From contig NC_092671.1 in the NCBI RefSeq assembly GCF_964355755.1, forward strand, positions 14,012,001-14,076,000: a stretch of 64,000 nucleotides of DNA, read 5' to 3'. The notes beneath the pieces were generated by a model that was given only the letters and a program-made list of their open reading frames with translations, did not search any database and had not been told where the DNA came from. The DNA is from Antedon mediterranea. Lineage: Eukaryota > Animalia > Echinodermata. Both the position numbers and the translations under genes were made by a program. Shown here one piece after another: positions 53,167 to 64,000 of the stretch. Position 1 is the first letter of the stretch. Each line of letters starts with the position of its first letter.

Positions 53167-56100
53167 CTGTAAGAAAAATTATAAGTGAAAAAGTTAGAAT
53201 TGTTGGAAAACTACTATTTTATAGGAAATATAAATTAATAATACTACAATATTAGTAGTAGTACTGTAATAATAACTCTTTTTTTTGTACTGAATTATAC
53301 GGAACCCTGACCTTTTCAACAAGAGTTCATTGGTGGGAAAATATGTACTTCCTGACCTAAGACAATGCCAAATACAAGCTATATGCAATACAATAGAACA
53401 ATATTATTCTATTAGGCAGCTGATGAACACCGTCAGTACAAACATTCAAATGCTGTAGGTTATTTAAAGTATGGTATACAGAGTTAAAAGTTTTACAATT
53501 ACACATTTTAATTTTTATCCAACACATAATAAATACTATATATTTTTAAAGATATTAATTTTTATAATGATTTTACACACTTAATTTAAATAAACAATTA
53601 TATTTAAACATAAATTATAATTGTCTTATATATAAATAATAAGTCATTTTCTTAACTTATAATACTGTATATTTGTTTATAAAATAATATACGGTACATA
53701 AAATAATAACTGAGGAAGGATTACAGTAGTGTCCGAAAGCGCTGTAATTTCTTTTTGCATGTTTTATTGTACTTTATAATTTTGATTTGCACTTCTCTTT
53801 TTTTTGTATATTCATTGAGATCCAGACATTGATACCCACAGCATTGTCATTATTCAGTAATTTTGCCTTTTCATCCATAAAATAATAATACTGACAAATC
53901 AATGGTTGCTTTTAAAAATCAATGCATTATAAAAATTTTACTACAGGATACTGTATGACGTTCAGGATGTGTAAAGGTACATACCACATCCACCATCGGA
54001 GGCTAAGGTGTGTATACTGAAGCCCGATATATTTAAAAATTAGAAATCTGTAAAAGAAATTACTGTAGTAAAAATAGTACAATGAAGCACAATTTCATTC
54101 TTTCAAAAAGAAAAAGACTTTCAAAAGGTTATCCCACGGATAAACATACCGCTGCCTAAACCCTAATTTTGTTGATAATGCAAGTTATTAAATAGTTTTA
54201 TTGTTTTAAGACTTCTCAAGGCTTTTACTATAATTTAGGGAAATGATGAATTTCAAGAGGAAATTCATGACTATAATATATGAAAGTATTTCTGTGAATT
54301 TGACTTTGTTTATTTAACAACAATTCAATAACCCAAAATATTCTGTATTTAAACTGTGATAATACTCAGTCATACGGCTTTTGATTATACAATAACTATA
54401 TTTTAGTAGTTCTTGTCATATCAGAGTACTTTTATAATTAAATGTAAAAAATGGAACATTACTCATATCAATTTTCACATGACCATTAAAACAAAAATGC
54501 TGTGTTAGTGTCATTCTGTACATTTTTTTCTCCTCAAAATAAGTAAAGTAAAGTAAACATCTTTTTACCTCAACAAAACCTTTACTTTCTGTTTCTGTTT
54601 ATTTTGTTTCTTTGGACTTTTAAACTTGAAACCAAATTAAAATTGTGCACCAAACAGTTAAAAAAAAGTTGAAATTTACGATTATGAGTACTGATAATAA
54701 TTGAATGATTTACTGTACTAGAAATAATTATAATTTGATTGACTAATAGCATTAAAGCAAACTCTCTGTATAATGAGTAAATCAGGTTTTTCCACCCACA
54801 CACATTTAAACAGATAAACAGGGGGAATGCTACATCAATCAGTCAATAGTGATATTTAACTATTTATACACAACAAATCCTAAACCAGTAGAATGAGTCT
54901 TCTTGGATAAGGAATATAAACCGTAGGTCCAGTGTACACATAGCTCATGTGCACTTCACTAGTACATCTTTCGAGACGAGTATTGGGTTACCACGGTGTA
55001 CTAGTCCACACACAGCCACTGTCACACAGCCACTGTCACACACCGGCGACCAAACCGGTACCCACATCAACTCCTTTAGGAGCATGGTGTGGAGGGTGGT
55101 TGGACACCCACAAGTGCATCACTTCAGGAGAACTAATGACGGCCATCCAGCAAAAAACCCTGCCAGACCGGAGAGGAGTTAGTCACCGTTGGAAAATATG
55201 GCGTATACCTGGGTGTCATATCATGATGAGTACTAATGTATCTCATCTGCTACGCCCCTACGTACACCTAGGTCATGAAACAACAAACAAACGATACAAG
55301 AAATGCTAAAGACAAACAAAACCTGAATTAAAAGAACAGTAGGTAATCAATTTGCAGAATTGATCAGAAAGGTCTGTTTTTGGATTGATTCAAATCAAAT
55401 TTTTTCAATTACTATGTCTGCAAATATTTACATTTTAAGCAAGGTACAGTTATAAAAATATAACATAAAAAGTTCCTGATGGTGATCAAATAAAGATCGA
55501 AACAATGAATCATGGCTTGCCTTGTCTTGGAGTGAGTTTTATACTATGTTATAATTATACAAAGTTAAAGTATTGAATTATCTGAATTTGTCTTAGAATT
55601 GAAATAATACCTACTGATCAATATCTCATCCATCTTTCCATTACAGAACAAGTTGAAATCAACTTTAAACAAAAACAGGATTGGAATAGAAGAGCTAGTG
55701 GCATTCACAAAAGACGCCATAAATTGACTATTATATGCACAGTAACAGACACACCTAATACCTACCAGTAATTATGCATGATTTGGAATAAATACATTTA
55801 TCTGGCAATTTCAATAACTTTACCAACATTTTTTTATGACATTCACAAATAATAATAATATTATTATAACAAAAGAAGCAAATTATGAAAAAAAAAAAAA
55901 ATTGAAACATGATGTACCTTTGCTGACAGGAATAAGTTTCTAAAACTATAAACCTACAGTTGAATTAAAGATGCTTATCACATTTTCCCAGCACCCTCTC
56001 TAATACCATTTGTCTACTATTGTTTGTCTATCCAGGCAAGCTAAAAATAGAGAGTACAATTAGTGGTGCTATAACCAATTTTTCCACATTTAACCCTTTA

Positions 56101-59100
56101 CTTTATTTATAGCACCAATCACAATACAGTAGTCTACACTGGATTTCACTGTAATGAGCATACATACAGTACAGTACATACAAACATTGTATTTAATTAA
56201 CAATAAAACCATTGTAGGTATTAATATTTTCTATAAATCATTTTTTTTTACAGTAAGTGATTGATATATGTTGTGAATGTGATGCAATAGTGAATTATAT
56301 TAAAAATTTGAATATATAATACATTTTAAGTCTTAATCTTCCAACTAGACAACAGTATTGCTAAACATGAAGTCTACAAACAAACAAATAAAATGTGATA
56401 TCTGCCAATTGCTAGGCAACTAAACCATGTCTGGTTAAAAAAACTAAGGAAACCAATATACCCTAAAACGGATGCAAATAATGACAGATAAGGAAAAAGA
56501 CGAGTCCCCTGGGCTGTGTAATTTCTCATTTAAAATCTCTACTCAGTTACACTTTGTCTGTAAGAAGGAAACAAAGTTTCCATGGGAATCAGACGTTTCA
56601 TTGAAATACATTTCCCTGATGAGAACATAAGAAACATGATGTCTAAATCTACGGCTCAGGAGGATGCTAACATTATGGATATTTGCTACTGTTTAGTGAA
56701 TGGCTGTAGACAAAGCTAAAGAGGCCATTAAAGCATTTTGTTGATGTTGATGTAATAATGAAACAATAAGAAAGCAAACTATATAATTATTGAAACCCTT
56801 TTGGACAGGCCTACTGTAAATTCAGGTGAGGAGGCATCTACATTCTCTATTTTACTTTTAATTATACTTGATATTTTTATACATTTCCAGAGAAGGAGAT
56901 GTTTACATTGCCTTCTCAAGTACCACAGAATATCCGTACTTATGACTGAGAGTGAGCATCTGTTGCTACTATCTTCTTAACCATAGGGACATATTCTGCT
57001 ACAACATCTGCTTGAGACCCATGGAATGGCAAGACCCATCATCAACCATCATCACATGAATTGTTATTTAACTGTAGGCTCTTGCAATTATCTTCCAGAA
57101 GATGGTCCAAGCAACAAATTAAGCAACACAAAAAAAACAGAAACAGCAGAAAAAAGGACTAAAAATAGACACTAGACCTGCAACTTTTGACGTACATAAA
57201 ATGTAATGCGTGACCTTAAATTAGGTTAAAAAAAACGTTGGTCTAATGTCTTTAACTTTCCATATTCCTGAATTGTTAATCACTATACCAAAATGAAGAT
57301 TTGTGAATTGAAGAAACTATTTTAATTAAAAATTTGATACAGGATGAATTTCAAATTCACAGAAAGACCTAGACACTTCTAAGAAACATTAGCGAGGTCT
57401 GAATTCGCTGAAATATTAATAACATTTGAATACAGTATGTATCTTTATTAAACAACAGACTTTGTTATATTGCAAGCGTTGCTTTAACCATCGGAATTCC
57501 ATGCTTAAACCGTCAGGAAACATTCAAACAAAATCCTTATTGTAATTTTTTTAAACATTTCATCCTGTAATTGGTCTTAATAACTACCTAGAATCAATTA
57601 AAGTATAGTTTAGTTTTCCGCAATTTATGGAATATCATAAATACTAACTTTATTGTTTATCTTAACTAAATGTGTTTACGAATACATTAACGCCAATTAG
57701 CATATAAGATGCTGATGGATACTAAATAGTGTATTTTATTGAGTACAATAAATTCAATATTATCAAAGATACTAAATACCATATAAATAAATTCATCAAT
57801 ACAGAAAATTTTTTACTATAGTATTGCATTGTTTAATGATAAAATACAGTAGGCCTAAGTGTGTTTATGAATACATTTCCTTCACTCAGCATTAATATTC
57901 ATATCAAATTTTTTTAAAGAGAGATAACAATGGTAGAATAATTATCGAATGACAATGTAGTCGATATCACATTTTTTTACGCGTTTAGCATTCCATTGTT
58001 TATCACAATATAATGTGTTTATGAATACGTTTGTTCCACTTAGCATTATTACTCTAAAATTAAAGTACTAAATGATAAAATTATCAATTATCAACTTCAC
58101 ATATTTATGGAAACACTATATTATATTTGGGATGTATAATTTAAGAAACGATAAAGTGCAATTGCTAATGTTACTGTACGTTATACGTTTATACAAAGTG
58201 TTCAATAATATACACTCTTCTATTATATTAATAAATTTAAATTAAATTAAATAGTGCGTCTAGGAAAACCTTACAACATACAATTATAACTACCATTAGT
58301 AGTAACTGTATGGTAAACTGTATTGATAAAACTTTCTTTGAAATATTGTTATTGAGTAGCCTTTAGTATACCTTAATTTGATGTTCAAATTAACCTAAAA
58401 ACTGTTGTATTTTTATAATTTATTTAAAATATTAGTGTGATGTGAATCTAAATTGTAGGGAATAGTGGAAAGGTTGGGGTGATGAACATAAAAAGACCTT
58501 ATAATTTATATACCACATGTATTTTAAAAATTGCTATAAAGTATAGTAAGATTATTATCTTTGATTTATCAAGGCCCTGACGAGATCAATTATTTACAGT
58601 AATGGTGTATTGTGTATTGTAGCTTTTTTAATCGCACTCTGAAATATTTTCTCATGGATTTGGCACCAAGTCAAGTTTCTCTATAAATAGCTATAGAGGG
58701 AAGCATTCATTTATTTCTTCCTACTTTACACGTTAAAGACTTCAGACACAGAATACAAAAACTATTTTACAATAAAACAGAGACTGCCTTAAAGTGCATA
58801 CCGTACATATTATGATCAAAAGCTACTGTAGGTTAAAAAAATATTGCAATCACATGCAAATACTGTACAATTAATTTTCCTCCTCCGACAAAAATGATAA
58901 AGCCCAAGTGAGTTATCACATTGCCAATACAGTATACTATCTATTGGGCAAATGCAGCTTACGCCATTTATTGATACAGTAGGGCAAATAGGCAATTGCC
59001 TCATAATTAACTTTAGCTGTCAACTTGCTGTGCACACCATTGAACTTAACTAAAGCAGGCATCTTAGTTACACCCTATTAAGATTTCACTACATATGATA

Positions 59101-59201
59101 TAAAAAGCTCTGTGCTTTCTGATCATTGCATAAAGAGGGCAGGCATACTTGTAGAGGTAGAAGATATTACTAATAGTTATAGCAATTGGCATTATACTTA
59201 A

Positions 59202-59827
59202 AGACCCCTTCCCTGCAATTTTGGACGTTTTTTGGAAAATAATACATATATATCACTTTAAAAACATTAAACCATGTCATTCCTTGTCTTAAATGCACGT
59301 TTTATGGTAAATTATGATAAAAAGTGAGAAAAAATGCACTACCTAAGTAGCTCGCGGCGATCGACCTCTCGTGGACGGTCTTAGGCCTAGCCTAGCTAGG
59401 CTTAGTTTTGTAGGCCTAGCTGGTAAACATCGGTAACGTACGAACATCGTACGCTAGCTATATACCTAGCCTGACGTTGTATAGTTGCTGCATTAATTGT
59501 CTTTCTATTTTTGCCAGACTCCATTGATACAAATTGGGGAAAACCCGGTATTTTCGCTGAAAAGTTAGGAGTCTTCCATTTGTTTTGGCCTCACGATCGA
59601 TCAAAAAGTGGGCGAATTACAGGTGAAAAACAAAAATATCAATCCGCGCACAATGCATTTTGGGATTTATAGCGGGCCGCTATAATTATTAGAATCGACT
59701 TATTTTTCACATTTTTAACCGTTTAAAGACGAAAAAAGTTATCGCAATAGGACCATATAGTATTATTGTTACATTAAATATAGTTTGTGATCTTAAATTA
59801 GATCTAAAAAACGTAGGGAAGGGGGCT
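59202..59827. mobile_element. Non-autonomous TTAA-specific DNA transposon (Kolobok-like), copy 2
   Basis: TTAA at 59198-59201 and 59828-59831. TIRs AGACCCCTTCCCT / AGGGAAGGGGGCT. Same family and orientation as 29958-30552. Confidence 0.85.
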
Positions 59828-61039
59828 TTAAACTTGATGAAAGCCAATTAGGTAACTGTGCTGTGCTGTGAACAAAATGGGATCTGAAAATAACGGCTTT
59901 ACCTGTTCACAAATTATTAATAATATTATGTCAATACTACTGTATGAAGATTCAAAATAAAATCAGAACCACACTGTTTTTTTATATAATTCAGTTTTAT
60001 AAAAAATAATCATATTGTAATATTAATGAAATGAATAATTGTTTTGTTAATGTTATAATTTGTTTGAAGTTTGTTTATATGCCGTTGACATTCTCTCGTA
60101 GACATTAGCTGATTGGTCAATTTGATATCTAGTAATAATATTAGGTGATCACTGTCAATGATACAGTAGTGATATATGAAGTGAAGTTTTCAGTACCGGT
60201 ATTATATAATACCTCTGATAAGTGAACTGCTGCCCTCTATAGTGAAGGTTATGGAATGCATGACACATAAAGTTTTCTGTAAAATAAATTATACATCTTC
60301 TGATTAAATCACAAATCAGAGTCATTCAAAAGAAAATTTTACAGAGAATTAAAACATCCTTCTTGGCATATAATGTTTATAAACCTTAAATACAATCAAG
60401 CTGGCAAGAATTGTGTTATTACGGTACAGAATTTGTCCAGCAGGAATGGTTACAGGTCCTGAATTGTATTTGAAGGCCTACAGAGTGTATAGTTAGTAGT
60501 AGGTAGTATTTTAGAAGCGTTATAATTATTAATATTATTAAATAAAAAAGGACACCTCTTTTCGCATGCGGACCTTTACACATGCTTGCTCAAAAATGTA
60601 GAGTGGCGAACACAAGTGATATGTGCAATGTCTAACAAAGATTTGGTGGTTGACAATATGGTTGCTTTACGCAGGGAGTATCCATATGTATCTTTTCTCT
60701 GGCTGCAAAACCTAAAAAAAATCTCTATGCAATGGTGAGGACAAATTTAAATATTAAAGAAAAAAGTAAAGTTTCAAATTCATGGCTTCAACATACTTTT
60801 CGGCTTCAACATACTTTTCGGCTGCACGGTCTTGCGCTACACCGTTCGGCCACGCAGCTGGTTTGTTGTAGAATTACCATTGACATATCTCTGCTGCTCA
60901 CATTGCGCCTTCTATATTTACTGTACCTTTAGTCAAAGAACTTATAACACAAGAATCTCCTGTTCGTCCGAAGCGCGTAACAATTTCGAAAGGCATTGTG
61001 GGATAGAATAGAGCTATGGGTTGCGCCATTGTGAGCCAT

Positions 61040-61197
61040 GGAGTAGGGCGCCCGCATCAAATTAGAAAGTCAAAATCATAGAGGGGATCTGCTAATGCTC
61101 TAGGGGGGATATAGTAATTGACTGAGGAGTAGGGCGCCCGCATCAAATTAGAAAGTCAAAATCATAGAGGGGGTCTGCTAATACTCTAGGGGGGTAT
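61040..61197. repeat. Two-copy direct repeat (~72 bp, period 86)
   Basis: GGAGTAGGGCGCCCGCATCAAATTAGAAAGTCAAAATCATAGAGGGG... at 61040 and 61126. Confidence 0.9.
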
Positions 61198-61668
61198 CTA
61201 TAGACAAAATGTTTTTAAACTCCCTGCTTTATTATCAATTTACCAATCCTAGCTAGATGAGATTGGTAGACACTCATTTCATTATTGTCATCTACCATTA
61301 CATACATACATACATACATTATTATATAGCCTTAATATAATATAGAGTACTAGTAGGGTTCGACTAGGCCTAGCTTGGACTACTATAGCAAGTAGAGCCA
61401 GTCAGTAAGGAGAAGAACTTGTGATGGTGGTACACATCAGCTTCCCAGCAGACAGCAGTCCGTCGAGTGTGGGATGGTAGCCTGATCGCGATCGGAGGGA
61501 TGAACAAGGACAAGTACAATATTAAATACAATACAAGATAGAATAACGAAAATTCGATATTAAAACATGCAATAAGAAAGTATAAATTATATATTATATA
61601 GGGTATATGTCATGACCTACGTTATCATGTTGACTTGTATAAAATCAGGGAAATACATTTTTACGTAC

Positions 61669-61935
61669 CTTTTTTATTGCATGCTGGGGGCCCATGCGTA
61701 AACAACAGAGGTTATTCGCGGGCATTTACCCTAACAAGTGACCCCACGAACACACGAATCTTGTTGTTTATTCCAGGAAAGGTGGCGCTTTTCTAATGAA
61801 AGCGGAAGTGGGATAACAATCAGTGCACACAGTGCGAGCAAGCGTGTCTTTGTTGTTTTGGGAGCAGTTATCGAGATAGTAGAGTTTATACATTTGTTCT
61901 CCGATGGATCAGTGATAATTCCATTATTATAAGGT
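61669..61935. promoter_or_regulatory. Candidate promoter and first-exon region (possibly bidirectional)
   Basis: Locally GC/CpG-richer. ETS motif GCGGAAGTG at 61802-61810, minus-strand donor AAG|GTACGT at 61669/61668, possible plus-strand donor AAG|GTATTA at ~61933, and CTAGGCCTAG at ~61364. Confidence 0.4.
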
Positions 61936-64000
61936 ATTACAATGTGATGGCTAGAATTTAGTTTTTTTAGAATATGTGTATGTTATTATTAGATAGAATT
62001 ATATGATTTTTCATTCCGTGGTAGGCAGGAGAAAGGTGATTCATCCAATAAAACTCACGTAGGAGCAAGTCTTTGTTTAAGCAATGCAGAGCGATTGTGC
62101 CTTGTCTGACTGTCAATCAATAAACAACAACTCTAGACTGACACTCCGTGATGACAGTATTAGTTGCCTAGCTAATTTGATTGTTGTACCGCTGTGATTT
62201 CTATTTTACTGTTTTAGCTACTTCAAACCATTTATTTTTTATTTATTTCGAGGACTGCATTATTAGCATCAAGAAGGGTTTGTTTTATTATATTATCATC
62301 ACTACACTATACCTTGCAAACACTGCACTGGTGTACCCTTTTGTTATCCGAAAATTGTGGACGCAATAGATTAATGGCAATGTATTGTTTCAGTTTAATA
62401 ATAGGATTGGTTTTCAAATAAACCCTTGTTTTGTGTTTTATTTTGTACCCAAGGCATATTTAAATGTTTACTTGCCAAATTAAGTTATTTATAATATAAA
62501 CTTATTGTGCTTTTGCTTTGCTTATTATTTATAACTATGTTCCATATGAACAATTTTAGATATCCTTGCCCTTGTGATATATAAAATATATTTTGTGCAT
62601 TTTTTTTTATTTTAAAGAAGCACTTAAAAAGTACAGCAATAGCTGCTGTATCTACTGGAGTATGCTAGCCTAAGCATGCATCGTAAAATCAGTTTGTGAT
62701 TGTGTTTAATAATTTGTCTACTATACTCATTTGAACAAATCTCTACAATTTCTCCATTTCTCTTTGTTGTTATGCAGAAAACAACCTTTTTTATAAGGAA
62801 TTTTCTTACTAAATAAAAATAATTGTTATGGTTTATAACTCTTTTAATACTCTCATTCCTACTATCCTGATTTCTCCAGGAGCCTTCCAAATGTTTGTAT
62901 CCGATCACACAAATAATAACAAAATCTCCCAAAATGTTGGTTTCAGATAAAAAACATTTTTCAACCCCCTATTTACTGTCCGAATTTTGTTTTTTAGAAG
63001 GTAATAATCTCTGTATTTAATACATAATTACATCCGATTAGTTGCTAGAATTCAACTTAACCCATACATTAACTAAATAGTGAATGTTATCTTGGGTATG
63101 CAAATTGAATCTAGCTATAATGTTGTTGGCTAATTTTTGAAAAAATCAGGCTTACATTTTGACCTTTAATTAACGATTTCCTTTGTTTATAAAGACTGTT
63201 TTTTGCAGGCATAATATTAAATACCACATACTAGGCCTACAACCATTTAAAAGATACAAAGCTTTTACAAAATCAATGATGGTAGAAAAAACCAGTGTTA
63301 TATAGAAAACCTTATAAAGGATCTTGACATACAGTATTTGTATAAAATAATTAAGTGTCTTGATATCCTACCTAATGCTGTAGATTCATGTTAAAGATAA
63401 TAATATACTGTATGTTACATTCATACAGTACAATCAATGGAGAATTCAAATCTACAAAATTGAGGATGAAGAAAGTTAGATTTGAACATGAAAGCCCCAG
63501 TATAAATAAATTATTTACATTATTTACATTAAATGTACCTGTGGGATGTGTCTGCATTAAAAGATGCTCTTTTTTAAGTCTCCTTAAAAAAGTTACAGAG
63601 ATGAATGCAACCTATTTAACAAAAGGGTTATTTCTCTTTGCCCTTCATTTTTACATACAGTATAATAAAATTCTATATAAAGCGTTTTTTCTTCCAAATT
63701 GTAGCAGCTGTTAAGTTTTATATATTAATAATTTAAGGTTGTTCTATGAACCTATACCTACATTATTTTTTTTTTAACATATAATGTAAAGTATACATCT
63801 ATCTTTAAACATAATACTCAACATTTAATAGAAAGGTTAATTTTTCTGTGTCACAATCATTAATTATTACTGTATGTTTAAAGTTTATGTGAAATGTGCT
63901 TATTTGTGTGTTTCACCGTACAATACAATTACATTATTAGTTAAAGATGGCTGTTTTATAGTGTATCTTTTGTCAATTATTGAGATGACCAGTAATGTTT

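Noticed and set aside
54947-55309. 120-aa plus-strand ORF
   Set aside because: No domain-like features or splice context; explained by the locally higher GC.
57670-58050. Three spaced GTGTTTA(C/T)GAATAC..AGCAT motifs
   Set aside because: Looks like an old decayed ~170-190 bp tandem duplication in AT-rich intron, with nothing indicating function.
29958-59827. The two TTAA elements acting as LTRs or ends of one 30-kb composite element
   Set aside because: Each copy has its own TIRs and TTAA flanks, the copies have diverged, and the interval contains host exons.

Overview
AT-rich eukaryotic (metazoan, probably invertebrate) genomic DNA with spliceosomal GT-AG introns. It is not prokaryotic, and most ORFs in the supplied track are noise. 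From left to right: (1) a 379-bp Merlin-like foldback MITE and a probable first exon of a gene running off the left edge. (2) A 16.9-kb head-to-tail cluster (2183-19069) of 14 copies of a ~1.15-1.3 kb non-coding element with DINE-1/HINE (non-autonomous Helentron) end architecture. Its junctions show bracket-like nesting, which suggests repeated self-targeted insertion rather than simple satellite amplification. (3) A complete 4-exon RPS26 gene (118 aa) with a TCT/TOP-type start. It hosts three SNORA71-like H/ACA snoRNA copies, an unexplained long intronic hairpin, and a collapsed intragenic duplication that kept a snoRNA but lost the coding exons. (4) A large minus-strand gene with six phase-consistent coding exons (25446-35600, ~1450-1525 aa) that I cannot name. 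It has an isolated C4 finger, a C2H2 finger, two PLDLS CtBP motifs and an R/E/Q coiled coil, with putative 5' UTR exons out to ~61.7 kb. (5) Intronic MITEs (Kolobok-like TTAA and PIF/Harbinger-like TWA), a tRNA-derived SINE head and minisatellites. All calls were read by eye from the sequence; no database search or folding program was run.
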